From Mycoplasma sp. P36-A1 (GTDB lineage: Bacteria > Bacillota_I > Bacilli_A > JAJDGJ01), in contig NZ_CP168083.1 in NCBI RefSeq assembly GCF_049478495.1, positions 892,450 through 924,449 of the forward strand: a DNA stretch of 32,000 bases. The letters run 5' to 3'. Shown piece after piece: positions 9,348 through 19,352 of the stretch. The notes beneath the pieces are model-generated. The model was not told where the DNA came from. It saw nothing but the letters and a program-made list of their open reading frames with translations, and did no database searches. A program made the translations under genes and the position numbers. The stretch's first letter is position 1; the number at the start of each line of letters is the position of its first letter.

Positions 9348-10622
9348 ATGGAAATAATAATAAAGCCACGTGGAACAGAAGATTTATTATTTGAAGACAC
9401 AAAAAAATGGCAAATAATTGAAAAAATTATAAAAGATGAAGCTTCAAAATACAATTTTTTAGAAATGCGTACGCCAATATTTGAAAGCACATCTTTATTT
9501 CAAAGAGGAGTTGGAGAAACAACAGATGTAGTTTCAAAAGAAATGTATACATTCTCTGATAAAAAAGGAAGAAGTTTAACATTAAGACCAGAAGGAACAA
9601 CTGGAGTAATAAGAGCATATATTGAAAACAAAATGTTTGGTTATGATAATCAACCAGTTAAAGCATACTATTGTGGGCCAATGTTTAGATATGAAAGACC
9701 GCAAAAAGGAAGACAAAGACAATTTCACCAATTTGGAGTTGAAACATTAGGAGAAAAAAGTCCTCAAATTGATGTGGAATGTATTACTTTAGGTTTAGAT
9801 GTCTTAAATAAATTTGGACTAAAAAACTTAAAGGTTTTAATAAACTCTTTAGGAGATACTGAAAGTAGACTTGCATATAGAACTGCACTTATTGAATATT
9901 TTTCACAATATAAGGAAGAGCTATGTAGTGATTGCAAGGATAGATTAGAAAAAAATCCTTTAAGAATATTAGACTGTAAAGTTTGTTCTAAAAAAGAATT
10001 TATGAAAAAGGTTCCAAAATTTTCAGATTACCTAAATGAAGCATCAACAAAATATTTTAATGATGTCCTTACAATATTAGATTCATTAAAAATTCAATAT
10101 GAAATAGATGAAAGATTAGTTAGAGGCCTTGATTACTATACTGATACAATATTTGAAGTAGTTTCTACAAACGAATCAAGTGGTGCACAAGCAACATTAT
10201 TTGGTGGTGGAAGATATGATGGATTAGTAGAAAGTTTAGGTGGACCTGCAACAAGTGGTGTAGGATTTGGTATGGGTCTTGAAAGAATACTTATTGCTAT
10301 TGATACAGAAAATCCAAATTTATTTAAACAAGAAGCACTAGATGTTTATGTAATGCCACTAATACCAGAAGCTATGAATTATAGTTTTAAAATATTAGAA
10401 ACACTAAGACAAAAAGGTGTAAAAGCAGACATGGCATATGAAATTAAATCAATGAAAGCTATGTTTAGATATGTAGAAAGAAACAATATTGATAATGTGA
10501 TTATAATAGGTGAAAATGAAATGAATAATCAATCTATAATCTATAAAGATATCAAGTCTAATCAACAAACTCAATTAGATGAAAATTGGTTAAGTACCAT
10601 ACTTGAAAGGATTAATAAATAA
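9348..10622 (+). CDS. hisS: Histidine--tRNA ligase
   Basis: 424 aa. Class II aaRS motifs (LRPEGT, FRYERPQKGRQRQFHQ, GGGRYDGL) and an anticodon-binding C-terminus. Confidence 0.97.
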   Translation: MEIIIKPRGTEDLLFEDTKKWQIIEKIIKDEASKYNFLEMRTPIFESTSLFQRGVGETTDVVSKEMYTFSDKKGRSLTLRPEGTTGVIRAYIENKMFGYDNQPVKAYYCGPMFRYERPQKGRQRQFHQFGVETLGEKSPQIDVECITLGLDVLNKFGLKNLKVLINSLGDTESRLAYRTALIEYFSQYKEELCSDCKDRLEKNPLRILDCKVCSKKEFMKKVPKFSDYLNEASTKYFNDVLTILDSLKIQYEIDERLVRGLDYYTDTIFEVVSTNESSGAQATLFGGGRYDGLVESLGGPATSGVGFGMGLERILIAIDTENPNLFKQEALDVYVMPLIPEAMNYSFKILETLRQKGVKADMAYEIKSMKAMFRYVERNNIDNVIIIGENEMNNQSIIYKDIKSNQQTQLDENWLSTILERINK

Positions 10623-12364
10623 TGAAAAGAACGCATAATAACGGACAATTACGTCTAGAAGATTTAGAACAAGAAGTAACATTAATTGGTTGGGTAGCAA
10701 AAAAAAGAAACTTAGGATCATTAGTATTCATTGATTTAAGAGATCGCTATGGTATAACACAAATAATCTTTGATGAAAAATTAAGTGATGTTACAACAGC
10801 AATTAGAAATGAATATATAATAGAAGTAAAAGGAAATGTTTCAAAAAGAAGAGATGCTAACCCTAACTTAGCAACAGGAGAAATTGAAGTTATTGCTAAT
10901 AGTGTTAACATTATAAATACCGCAAAAACAACTCCAATTATAATAGCTGATGAAACTGATGCATTAGAAGACACTAGGATGAAATATCGTTACTTAGATT
11001 TAAGACGTCCAATAATGCAACAAAAATTTATTATGCGCGCAAAACTAAGCAAAGTAATTCGAAATTACTTAGATGATTTAGATTTTATAGATGTTGAAAC
11101 ACCAATATTGACAGCTTCAACTCCAGAAGGTGCAAGAGATTATGTAGTGCCAAGTAGAGTACACCATGATAGTTTTTATGCACTACCTCAATCACCACAA
11201 TTATTCAAACAATTACTAATGGTTGCAGGTTTTGAAAAATATTATCAAATTGCTAAATGCTTTAGAGATGAAGATTTAAGAGCGGATAGACAACCCGAAT
11301 TTACACAAGTAGATATTGAAACTTCATTTTTATCAATGGAAGAAATTCAAACAATGATAGAAGGTTTATTTTCAAAAATTATGAAAGAAGTACAAGGTGT
11401 TGATATAAAAATACCTTTTGATAGAATATCATATAATGATGCTATGAATAAATATGGAAGTGATAAACCTGATTTAAGATATGGTTTTGAATTACAAGAC
11501 TTAAATGAAACATTAGATGGAATTGATTTTGGAGTATTTAGTAATGCAATCAAATCAAATGGTAATGTTAAAGCATTAGTTATTAAAGACAATGCAGATA
11601 AATATTCAAGAAAAGATATTGATAAATTAGAAGCGTTAGCTAAAAAGAACCATGCAAAAGGTTTAGCTTGGTTAAAAGTAGAAATAGACAAATTTGCTGG
11701 ACCAATAGCTAAATTCTTTAATGATGAATACAAAGAAAAACTAATTAATAGATTAGATTTAGAAGAAAATGATTTAGTTTTATTTGTTGCAGATAAATGG
11801 GATGTTGTATGCAACTCTTTAGGAGCATTAAGAACGCATTTAGCAAATGAATTAAATTATATAGATACATCACTATATGCTTTTTGTTGGGTAATAGATT
11901 GGCCACTTTATGAGTATAGTGAAGAAGATAATCGTTACTATGCAGCACACCATCCATTTACAAGACCAGCAGTTGAAAATTATAATGATTTTGATACTAA
12001 TCAAGAAAATGCTAAAGCTCAAGCTTATGATATTGTCTTGAATGGTTATGAAATAGGTGGAGGTTCACTAAGAATATATGATCAAGAAATGCAAAAAAGA
12101 ATGTTTAAGGCACTTGGATTTACAGCAGAAGAAATTCAAAGCAAATTTGGATTCTTTGTAGATGCACTTCAATATGGTACACCACCACATGGTGGAATTG
12201 CATTAGGTTTAGATAGACTAGCAATGATACTTAGTGGTGGAGATTCAATTAGAGATGTAATTGCATTTCCAAAAAATGCTAGTGCAGTTGATCCAATGTC
12301 AGAAGCTCCAAATCAAATATCAGATTTACAAAAAGAAGAGCTAGGTATAGTAATAAAGAAATAG
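10622..12364 (+). CDS. aspS: Aspartate--tRNA ligase
   Basis: 580 aa. OB-fold N-terminus, FRDEDLRADRQPEFTQ, GGGSLRI and PPHGGIALGLDR motifs. Start overlaps the hisS stop (TAATG). Confidence 0.97.
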   Translation: MKRTHNNGQLRLEDLEQEVTLIGWVAKKRNLGSLVFIDLRDRYGITQIIFDEKLSDVTTAIRNEYIIEVKGNVSKRRDANPNLATGEIEVIANSVNIINTAKTTPIIIADETDALEDTRMKYRYLDLRRPIMQQKFIMRAKLSKVIRNYLDDLDFIDVETPILTASTPEGARDYVVPSRVHHDSFYALPQSPQLFKQLLMVAGFEKYYQIAKCFRDEDLRADRQPEFTQVDIETSFLSMEEIQTMIEGLFSKIMKEVQGVDIKIPFDRISYNDAMNKYGSDKPDLRYGFELQDLNETLDGIDFGVFSNAIKSNGNVKALVIKDNADKYSRKDIDKLEALAKKNHAKGLAWLKVEIDKFAGPIAKFFNDEYKEKLINRLDLEENDLVLFVADKWDVVCNSLGALRTHLANELNYIDTSLYAFCWVIDWPLYEYSEEDNRYYAAHHPFTRPAVENYNDFDTNQENAKAQAYDIVLNGYEIGGGSLRIYDQEMQKRMFKALGFTAEEIQSKFGFFVDALQYGTPPHGGIALGLDRLAMILSGGDSIRDVIAFPKNASAVDPMSEAPNQISDLQKEELGIVIKK

Positions 12365-12372
12365 GTGAAAAG

Positions 12373-12606
12373 ATGATAGAAGATCATAAAATAAAAAGAA
12401 TTAACGAACTAGCAGCTAAAGCAAAAGAATGTGAGTTAAGTAGTGAAGAATTAAAAGAACGTGAACAACTTAGAAAAGAATATATTAATGCATATAAAAA
12501 AAGTGTTACAAATCAACTGTTGAATGTAAAAGTTGTAAATAAACACGGGAAAGATATTACCCCAGAAAAATTGAAAAAAGCTAAATCTGAAAGGAAAAAA
12601 TCATAA
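12373..12606 (+). CDS. ynzC: UPF0291 / DUF896 family small protein (YnzC-like)
   Basis: 77 aa. [13 protein letters not shown]...LRKEY...ITPEKLKK closely parallels B. subtilis YnzC. Lies upstream of tkt, as in Bacillus. Confidence 0.85.
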   Translation: MIEDHKIKRINELAAKAKECELSSEELKEREQLRKEYINAYKKSVTNQLLNVKVVNKHGKDITPEKLKKAKSERKKS

Positions 12607-13040
12607 TGTTAAAAGCAATTATTGAAATGGAAGACAACAATATTATCGAAATAGAGTTATACGAAGAAGATGCACCTAATACGGTTGCAAACTTTGTAAA
12701 ACTTGCAGAAGAAGGATTTTATGATGGAGTTATATTCCATAGAGTAATAAAAGGTTTTGTATCTCAAGGAGGAGATCCAACAGGAACAGGAATGGGTGGA
12801 CCAGGATATACTATAAAATGTGAAACTGAAAACAATCCTAGAAAACACGTTGCAGGTGCAGTTTCAATGGCACATGCAGGGAAAGATACAGGTGGTTCTC
12901 AATTCTTCTTAGTACATGAAGCACAACCACATTTAGATGGAGTACACACTGTTTTTGGACAAGTAACATCAGATTTAAATTACATTAGAAATATGAAATC
13001 AAAAGACAAAATGAAAAAAGTAACAATTGAAAGGGACTAA
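12606..13040 (+). CDS. ppiB: Peptidyl-prolyl cis-trans isomerase, cyclophilin type
   Basis: 144 aa with [24 protein letters not shown] and SMAHAG...GSQFF cyclophilin signatures. Confidence 0.94.
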   Translation: MLKAIIEMEDNNIIEIELYEEDAPNTVANFVKLAEEGFYDGVIFHRVIKGFVSQGGDPTGTGMGGPGYTIKCETENNPRKHVAGAVSMAHAGKDTGGSQFFLVHEAQPHLDGVHTVFGQVTSDLNYIRNMKSKDKMKKVTIERD

Positions 13041-13044
13041 TATA

Positions 13045-15015
13045 ATGGACAATAAAATTATTAATACAATTAGAGCATTATCAATTGACATGACAAATAC
13101 AGCCAAATCTGGACATCCAGGAATGCCTTTAGGAGCTGCACCAACAGGTTATGAAATATATAAAGAAATGAAAGTTAACCCTAAAAAACCTGATTGGTTT
13201 AATAGAGATCGTTTTGTTTTAGCATCAGGACATGCATCAGCATTATTATATTCATTATTACACTTAAATGGTTTTGATATGAGTATTGAAGATATGAAAC
13301 AATTTCGTCAATGGAATTCTAGAACTCCAGGACATCCTGAATATGGTCATACTGCAGGAGTTGATGCAACATCAGGACCACTTGGACAAGGAATACCAAT
13401 GGCTCTAGGAATGGCTTTAGCAGAAAGATTGTTAGCAGAAAGATACAATAAAGAAGGTTATAAAATAATCGATCACTATACATTTGCAATAAGTAGTGAT
13501 GGTGATTTACAAGAAGGGGTTGCATTTGAAGCAAGTTCTTTAGCTGGTCATTGGGGTATGGGAAAACTAATAGTATTTTATGATTCAAATGACATAACAT
13601 TAGATGGTCCTTTAACTCAATCATGTTCTGATTGTGTTAGAAAAAGATATGAATCAATGAATTGGCAATATCTAATAGTAGAAAATGGTAATAATCCAGA
13701 AGAAATTAATAGAGCAATCCAAATGGCTAAATTAGATATAAATAGACCAACATTAGTAGAAGTTAAAACAGTAATAGGTTATGGTTCAGAAAAACAAGGT
13801 ACATCAAAAACACATGGTTCACCATTAGGAAAAGAAGATGGAGATAATGCAAAGAAATCATATGAAAATATTTCTTTAAAAGAATTTAATGTAGACCAAG
13901 ATATTTATGACACATATACAAGTAATAAAATTAAAGAAGGCGAAAAAGCTTATAAAGATTGGAAAAAATTAGTTAAAGAATATGCTAGTGAATATCCAGA
14001 ACTTGCAGCAGAATTAGAACTTGTACAAGAAGATAAAATTAAAATAGATTTTTCAGAGTTTAATTTTAAAAAAGCTAATGAAATGCAAGCTACAAGAAAC
14101 TCAAGTCATGATGTAATTAACTTTATTGCTGAAAAGAATCCAACATTTTTAGGTGGAAGTGCCGACTTATCAGGTTCAACGATGACAACAATTAAAGACT
14201 CAACACTTTTAAGTAGAAATAGTGTTAACTCAAGAAACATTAATTATGGAGTTAGAGAGTTTGGAATGGCAGCAATTAATAATGGTGTAACTTTACATGG
14301 AGGAGTTAAAATATTTGGTTCAACATTCTTTGTGTTCTCAGATTATTTAAAGCCTGCTATTAAAATGGCAGCATTAATGCAAATTCCAACAATATTTGTT
14401 TTTACGCATGATTCAATTGCTGTAGGTGAAGATGGACCAACACATGAACCTATTGAACAATTAGCAATGTTAAGATCAATGCCTAATGTAAATGTAATTA
14501 GACCAGCAGATGCAACAGAAACAGTAGCAGCTTGGAAAATTGCTATAGAAAGCAAAAAAACACCAACATGTATTGTTTTATCAAGACAAAATTTAAAAGT
14601 TGAAGAAAATACAAACTATGAAGAAGTTAGCAAAGGTGCATATATAGTAGAACATGAAAATAATAATATTGACTGCTTATTAATAGCAACAGGTTCAGAA
14701 GTAAATTTAGCAATTGCCTCTGCAAAAATCTTAAAACAAGAAGGAATAGACACTAGAGTAGTATCAATGCCTTCAAGAAATATTTTTGAAACACAATCAA
14801 AAAAATATCAAAATGATATTATACCAAGTAGAGTTAAATCAAGACTTGTATTAGAAACTGCTACATCATTTGGATGGCATAAATACGCATTAAAAGATAG
14901 TCAAATACTTGCAATTGATACATATGGAGCAAGTGCACCTGGTGCAACTGTAATGAATGAATATGGTTTCAACACAGAAAATGTTGTATCAATAGTAAAA
15001 CGTATTGTTAAATAA
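13045..15015 (+). CDS. tkt: Transketolase
   Basis: TPP-binding signatures (SGHPGMPLGAAP, GDLQEGV, GEDGPTHEPIEQL). ATG at 13045 with AAAGGGA SD is preferred over the in-frame TTG at 13027. Confidence 0.96.
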   Translation: MDNKIINTIRALSIDMTNTAKSGHPGMPLGAAPTGYEIYKEMKVNPKKPDWFNRDRFVLASGHASALLYSLLHLNGFDMSIEDMKQFRQWNSRTPGHPEYGHTAGVDATSGPLGQGIPMALGMALAERLLAERYNKEGYKIIDHYTFAISSDGDLQEGVAFEASSLAGHWGMGKLIVFYDSNDITLDGPLTQSCSDCVRKRYESMNWQYLIVENGNNPEEINRAIQMAKLDINRPTLVEVKTVIGYGSEKQGTSKTHGSPLGKEDGDNAKKSYENISLKEFNVDQDIYDTYTSNKIKEGEKAYKDWKKLVKEYASEYPELAAELELVQEDKIKIDFSEFNFKKANEMQATRNSSHDVINFIAEKNPTFLGGSADLSGSTMTTIKDSTLLSRNSVNSRNINYGVREFGMAAINNGVTLHGGVKIFGSTFFVFSDYLKPAIKMAALMQIPTIFVFTHDSIAVGEDGPTHEPIEQLAMLRSMPNVNVIRPADATETVAAWKIAIESKKTPTCIVLSRQNLKVEENTNYEEVSKGAYIVEHENNNIDCLLIATGSEVNLAIASAKILKQEGIDTRVVSMPSRNIFETQSKKYQNDIIPSRVKSRLVLETATSFGWHKYALKDSQILAIDTYGASAPGATVMNEYGFNTENVVSIVKRIVK

Positions 15016-15061
15016 ATAAATCTTTGATATAATACAAAGGTTAGAGAATGGAGGAATACTA

Positions 15062-15277
15062 ATGGACTTAATGGACATATTAACAATAGTAATATCACTT
15101 ATTGTAGGTGGTGCTGCAGGATTCTTTTACGCACAAAAAAGATTTAAAAAAGAATTGGCTGAAAACCCACCAATTAATGAAAAAATGATTAGAGCAATGT
15201 ACATGCAAATGGGAAGAAAACCATCAGAAGCTCAAATTAGACAAACAATTAACTCAATGAATCAATATAAGAAATAA
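15062..15277 (+). CDS. yneF: UPF0154 family small membrane protein (YneF-like)
   Basis: 71 aa. One N-terminal TM helix followed by NPPINEKMIRAMYMQMGRKPSE, matching B. subtilis YneF. Conserved tkt-yneF neighbourhood. Confidence 0.85.
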   Translation: MDLMDILTIVISLIVGGAAGFFYAQKRFKKELAENPPINEKMIRAMYMQMGRKPSEAQIRQTINSMNQYKK

Positions 15278-15281
15278 AGCC

Positions 15282-15310
15282 AAAGCCCTATTTATAATAG
15301 GGCTTTATAT
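15282..15310 (+). terminator. Rho-independent terminator after yneF
   Basis: 9-bp stem AAAGCCCTA / TAGGGCTTT with a 7-nt loop, followed by a T-rich tail. Confidence 0.7.
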
Positions 15311-15365
15311 CTATATTAAGGTAGTTTAATTATTTTATTACTACATAAATCAAGGAGGTAATATA

Positions 15366-16334
15366 ATGTACGTTACAAATTTTAACTATAAAATTAAATA
15401 TAATAAAGATAAATTAATCCTTTTTCTAAAAGAAGCTAACCTATCTTTTGATGATAATATTGATTACTGTCTTGTAATTAAAGAAAACAATCAAATAGTT
15501 GCCTGTGCTTGCAAAAAAGAAAATGTCTTTAAAATGATTGCAGTATCAGAAAAACTACAATCGCAAGATGTAGTATCAACCCTAATTAGTGGACTAATAG
15601 AAAAATGTTATGAAGAAAATATATATCATTTTTTCATATTCACTAAAATGATATATAAAATGCATTTTGAAAACATAGGATTTAAACTTTTAACATCATA
15701 TGAAGAAATTGGATTATTTGAAATGGGTAACATAAACTTTAATAACTATTATGAAAAGTTAAATATTTCAAGTAAAGATAATAATGGTGCTATTGTAATG
15801 AATTGTAATCCATTTACACTTGGACATAAATACTTAATAGAACAAGCTTCAAAACAAGTAGATAATTTAATAGTCTTCATAGTTGAAGAAGATAAATCTT
15901 ACTTTAAATTTAAAGATAGAATAGAACTTGTAAAAAAAGGTATTTCTAACTTAAAAAATGTAGATGTACTTGCTAGTGGACCATATATTATTTCATCAGC
16001 AACATTTCCAACTTATTTTTTAAAGTCATTTGATTCAAAAGCAGAATATTATACTAATATAGACATTCAATTGTTTGAAAAAATAATGAATAAGCTTAAT
16101 ATTAAATATCGCTTTGTTGGAACTGAACCAACTGATAACTTAACAGCTTATTACAATGAAACAATGAAAAAAATATTAAAAGAAAAACTTATAATAATAC
16201 CAAGAATAGAAGAGAATGGTCAAGTAATATCAGCAAGCAGTGTTAGAAATTTATTAAAAGAAAAGAAATTTAATGAGATAAAGAAAATTGTACCAATTAC
16301 AACATATGATTTTCTTGTTTCAAATTATCTCTAG
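15366..16334 (+). CDS. citC: [Citrate (pro-3S)-lyase] ligase family protein (CitC-like; N-terminal GNAT-like domain plus adenylyltransferase domain)
   Basis: NCNPFTLGHKYLIEQA (HxGH-type nucleotidyltransferase motif), VFIVEEDKSYFKFKDRIELVKKG and SSATFPTYFLK match the citrate lyase ligase C-terminal domain. No citDEF genes are in the window. Confidence 0.75.
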   Translation: MYVTNFNYKIKYNKDKLILFLKEANLSFDDNIDYCLVIKENNQIVACACKKENVFKMIAVSEKLQSQDVVSTLISGLIEKCYEENIYHFFIFTKMIYKMHFENIGFKLLTSYEEIGLFEMGNINFNNYYEKLNISSKDNNGAIVMNCNPFTLGHKYLIEQASKQVDNLIVFIVEEDKSYFKFKDRIELVKKGISNLKNVDVLASGPYIISSATFPTYFLKSFDSKAEYYTNIDIQLFEKIMNKLNIKYRFVGTEPTDNLTAYYNETMKKILKEKLIIIPRIEENGQVISASSVRNLLKEKKFNEIKKIVPITTYDFLVSNYL

Positions 16335-16346
16335 GAGTTGAATAAT

Positions 16347-16934
16347 ATGAAAGAAATAATAGTAGCAAGTAATAATCAGAAGAAAATTAAAGAAATAAAA
16401 GAAATATTATTGAAATATGATATAAAAGTACTATCATTGAAAGATGTAAATATTGATATAGACATTGAAGAAAATGGATCAACATTTATAGAAAATGCAA
16501 TGATCAAAGCTCAAGCAATCTATGATATAACATTAATGCCAGTCATTGCTGATGATTCAGGATTACAAGTAGAAGCACTAAATAATGAACCAGGAATATA
16601 CTCAGCACGTTATGCTGGAGAACAAAAAAATGATGAAGACAACATGAATAAGTTATTAGACAATTTAAAAAATGTCACTAATAGAAAAGCTAGATTTGTA
16701 GCAGCTATAGCATTTGTAATAAACGATAAACTTAAATATACAGTAGAAGGATATCTAGATGGAGAAATTATTGATAACAAAATAGGTGATTATGGTTTTG
16801 GTTATGATCCAATATTTTATATTCCTTCATTAAAGAAAACCTCAGCTCAATTATTACCAGAAGAAAAAAATAAAATATCTCATCGTGCTAAAGCTTTAGA
16901 AAAAATTGAATTAATTATAAAGGAGAATATCTAA
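16347..16934 (+). CDS. rdgB: dITP/XTP pyrophosphatase (RdgB/HAM1 family)
   Basis: IVASNNQKKIKEI, DDSGL, FGYDPIF and SHRAKA motifs. ATG at 16347 lies 9 nt after the AGGAG SD. Confidence 0.93.
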   Translation: MKEIIVASNNQKKIKEIKEILLKYDIKVLSLKDVNIDIDIEENGSTFIENAMIKAQAIYDITLMPVIADDSGLQVEALNNEPGIYSARYAGEQKNDEDNMNKLLDNLKNVTNRKARFVAAIAFVINDKLKYTVEGYLDGEIIDNKIGDYGFGYDPIFYIPSLKKTSAQLLPEEKNKISHRAKALEKIELIIKENI

Positions 16935-17446
16935 TGCCAATCAACGTAGTATTATATGAACCAGAAATTCCACAAAATACAGGTAACATTATAAGAACAT
17001 GTGTATCAACAAATACTAAATTACATTTAATAGAACCTTTAGGATTTGATTTATATAAAAAAGATGTTAGAAGAAGTACAGCAAACCATTTAGAAGGACT
17101 TGATTTTCAATTATACAAAAATTTTGAAGAGTTTAAAAGTAAGAACCAAGGAACATATTATTATTTAACAAGATATGGTAAAAAACCACATTCTTCATTT
17201 AATATGAGTGATACTAAAGAAAATATTTATCTTATATTTGGAAAAGAAAGCAGTGGTATTCCATATGATATTCTAAAAGAAAACATGGAAAACAATCTTA
17301 GAATACCAATGAGCTCTGCAGCAAGAAGTTTAAATCTTTCAAACTGTGTTGCGATACTAGTATATGAAGCTTTAAGACAACAAAATTATGAAGGATTAAG
17401 TTTTGTAGAAGTTCAAAAAGGTGAAAATTTCTTAGAAGAGCAATAA
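16934..17446 (+). CDS. trmL: tRNA (cytidine/uridine(34)-2'-O)-methyltransferase TrmL (SpoU/TrmH family)
   Basis: 170 aa with VVLYEPEIPQNTGNIIRTC, LIFGKESSGIP and RSLNLSNCVAILVYEALRQ. Confidence 0.92.
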   Translation: MPINVVLYEPEIPQNTGNIIRTCVSTNTKLHLIEPLGFDLYKKDVRRSTANHLEGLDFQLYKNFEEFKSKNQGTYYYLTRYGKKPHSSFNMSDTKENIYLIFGKESSGIPYDILKENMENNLRIPMSSAARSLNLSNCVAILVYEALRQQNYEGLSFVEVQKGENFLEEQ

Positions 17447-17542
17447 AAGTAAGAACCTGAATAATATTTAAATTCATATGAAATGCATTTTAAATATATA
17501 TCAATTATAATTATCATAAGAAGATCTAAAGGGGGTTTTAAA

Positions 17543-18031
17543 ATGAGATATAATGTAAAATTTGAATTATTATTAATTGATTATCTAGTATCATCACTAG
17601 ATGGAGTAATTTTATTTGATAAAGATAAAGAAAACTTTGATGATGATTTTTCAGAATTATATAAAGCACAAAACTTTAATTTAACTTATGATGATATAAT
17701 TAGTAGAATTAACAGATTAGAACAATTTGATATAATCCAACAAACATATTTTGATAATGCTAAAAGAAAGTGGAAAATAGAACTAAACATTGACTTTTCA
17801 CTTATCCAATTACTAGCAATTGATATAGTGAAAGAAGTTGTATTTGATACAATTGAAAAACTAGGAACTTATGCCTTAAGTGATTTAGAATCAATTATTC
17901 TACATTCATTTAACTACATAGTTTCAGAAACAGTAGCCGATAGTTATGATGAATGTATTGCAACTAAGAATAAGCCATACTTAAATTCAGACAATAACAA
18001 ATATAAACCAGTTACCGTAGAAGTTAAATAA
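17543..18031 (+). CDS. Hypothetical acidic protein (162 aa), no family recognised
   Basis: ORF with strong SD AAAGGGGG 7 nt before the ATG at 17543 (track start 17483 rejected) and followed by a strong terminator. Residues around 55-90 have a helix plus beta-hairpin pattern that could be a winged helix (speculative). Confidence 0.6.
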   Translation: MRYNVKFELLLIDYLVSSLDGVILFDKDKENFDDDFSELYKAQNFNLTYDDIISRINRLEQFDIIQQTYFDNAKRKWKIELNIDFSLIQLLAIDIVKEVVFDTIEKLGTYALSDLESIILHSFNYIVSETVADSYDECIATKNKPYLNSDNNKYKPVTVEVK

Positions 18032-18062
18032 TTATAAAGTATATAACTTTAAATGAAAGAAT

Positions 18063-18116
18063 ACCTCTAAAGTAGAAAGTCTAAATAAGACATAAGCTAC
18101 TTAGAGGTTTTTTAGT
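18063..18116 (+). terminator. Rho-independent terminator
   Basis: ACCTCTAAAGTAG ... CTACTTAGAGGT long stem (one bulge) followed by TTTTTT. Confidence 0.8.
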
Positions 18117-18301
18117 ATAACGAATAAATAAATATTCATTGCTATGTAATTAAACATCTTGTATAATTATATTCTAGTCTATATACATAATAAATATATA
18201 TAAAAGTATTATTTCATGTTTTAGCTAATGAAATTATAATATTAAATGCATTTATTTAAAAATGTGTTAAAATTATATTAATTAACTAAAGGAGGGATAA
18301 T

Positions 18302-18646
18302 ATGTATCTATCAGTAAAAGAGAATATTGAATTAACAGAATTAGATATAAAATTAATAGATAATTTATATAGTTTAAGTGCAGAGAGTTTTATTGATTTA
18401 ATTCAAAGCAATGTAGATGACTTTTCAAATATACAAGAACTTATATCAGGAATTGTAACTTCTTTCATACAATTTGAAAAATATATTATCTCCTTAAAAA
18501 AACAAAAAGCTTATACATTTAAAGAAAATGAAATAGTTAATTTAATTGACTATGTAAGCACGACAAGTTTTTTAGTAGATAAAATTGTAGAAACAAAAAA
18601 CAAGGAATTCAAAGATATAGGAGCTAGCGAGAGGTTGGTTAGTTAA
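18302..18646 (+). CDS. Hypothetical protein (114 aa), no family recognised
   Basis: ORF with strong SD AAAGGAGGG 6 nt upstream. Its stop lies 3 nt before the next start, which suggests translational coupling. Confidence 0.6.
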   Translation: MYLSVKENIELTELDIKLIDNLYSLSAESFIDLIQSNVDDFSNIQELISGIVTSFIQFEKYIISLKKQKAYTFKENEIVNLIDYVSTTSFLVDKIVETKNKEFKDIGASERLVS

Positions 18647-18649
18647 TCA

Positions 18650-19342
18650 ATGAATTTTAAATGGGAATCAAATATTTTATTAAGAATGTTCTATTCGTTA
18701 ATAGGTAGTGTATTGTTAGCATTAGGAGCAAGTGTATTACTAGTTGGAAATGCGGGACTAGATCCATTTACATCTTTAAATATGAGTTTAGGTGTAAATG
18801 TATTAAATATGAATATTGGTGACTTTCAATTGTTGTTGAATAGTTTAATATTAGTCTTAATGTATGTTTATAGAAAAGATTTAATAGGTTATGGCACATT
18901 AATCAGTTTAGTAATAGTAGGTTACTTAATAAGTTTTTTTAGCACAACTTACTTTCAATACTTTAATTTTGAGCCAAGTTTATTTTTATCTTTTCTATAT
19001 TTAGTAGTTGGTATTATTTTATATACTTTAGGTATTTCTTTGTATATGGCACCATTGCTAGGCAATTCACCATATGATGCAATTACACCAATAATAGTAG
19101 ATAAATTTAAAATACCATATAAATATTCTAGGATTATTCAAGATTCAGTATTTGTAATTTTATCAATAGTTTTTGGTGGTTTTAATTTAGGCTATGTTGG
19201 AGTTGCAACAATAATTAATGCTTTTTTTGTTGGACCTTTAATAGTCTTTTGGAATGAAAAAATATCATATCCATTAGTTTGGAAAAATAGTGTGAACATT
19301 ACAAATTTAAAACTCAAAAAAATAACTTTGAAAAAATTCTAA
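18650..19342 (+). CDS. Integral membrane protein, YczE/YyaS/YitT-like family (tentative)
   Basis: 230 aa, about 6 predicted TM segments. Has ALGASVLLVGNAGLDPF near the N-terminus and VGVATIINAFFVGPLI near the C-terminus, resembling YczE-type proteins. Confidence 0.6.
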   Translation: MNFKWESNILLRMFYSLIGSVLLALGASVLLVGNAGLDPFTSLNMSLGVNVLNMNIGDFQLLLNSLILVLMYVYRKDLIGYGTLISLVIVGYLISFFSTTYFQYFNFEPSLFLSFLYLVVGIILYTLGISLYMAPLLGNSPYDAITPIIVDKFKIPYKYSRIIQDSVFVILSIVFGGFNLGYVGVATIINAFFVGPLIVFWNEKISYPLVWKNSVNITNLKLKKITLKKF

Positions 19343-19352
19343 ATTAATCATT

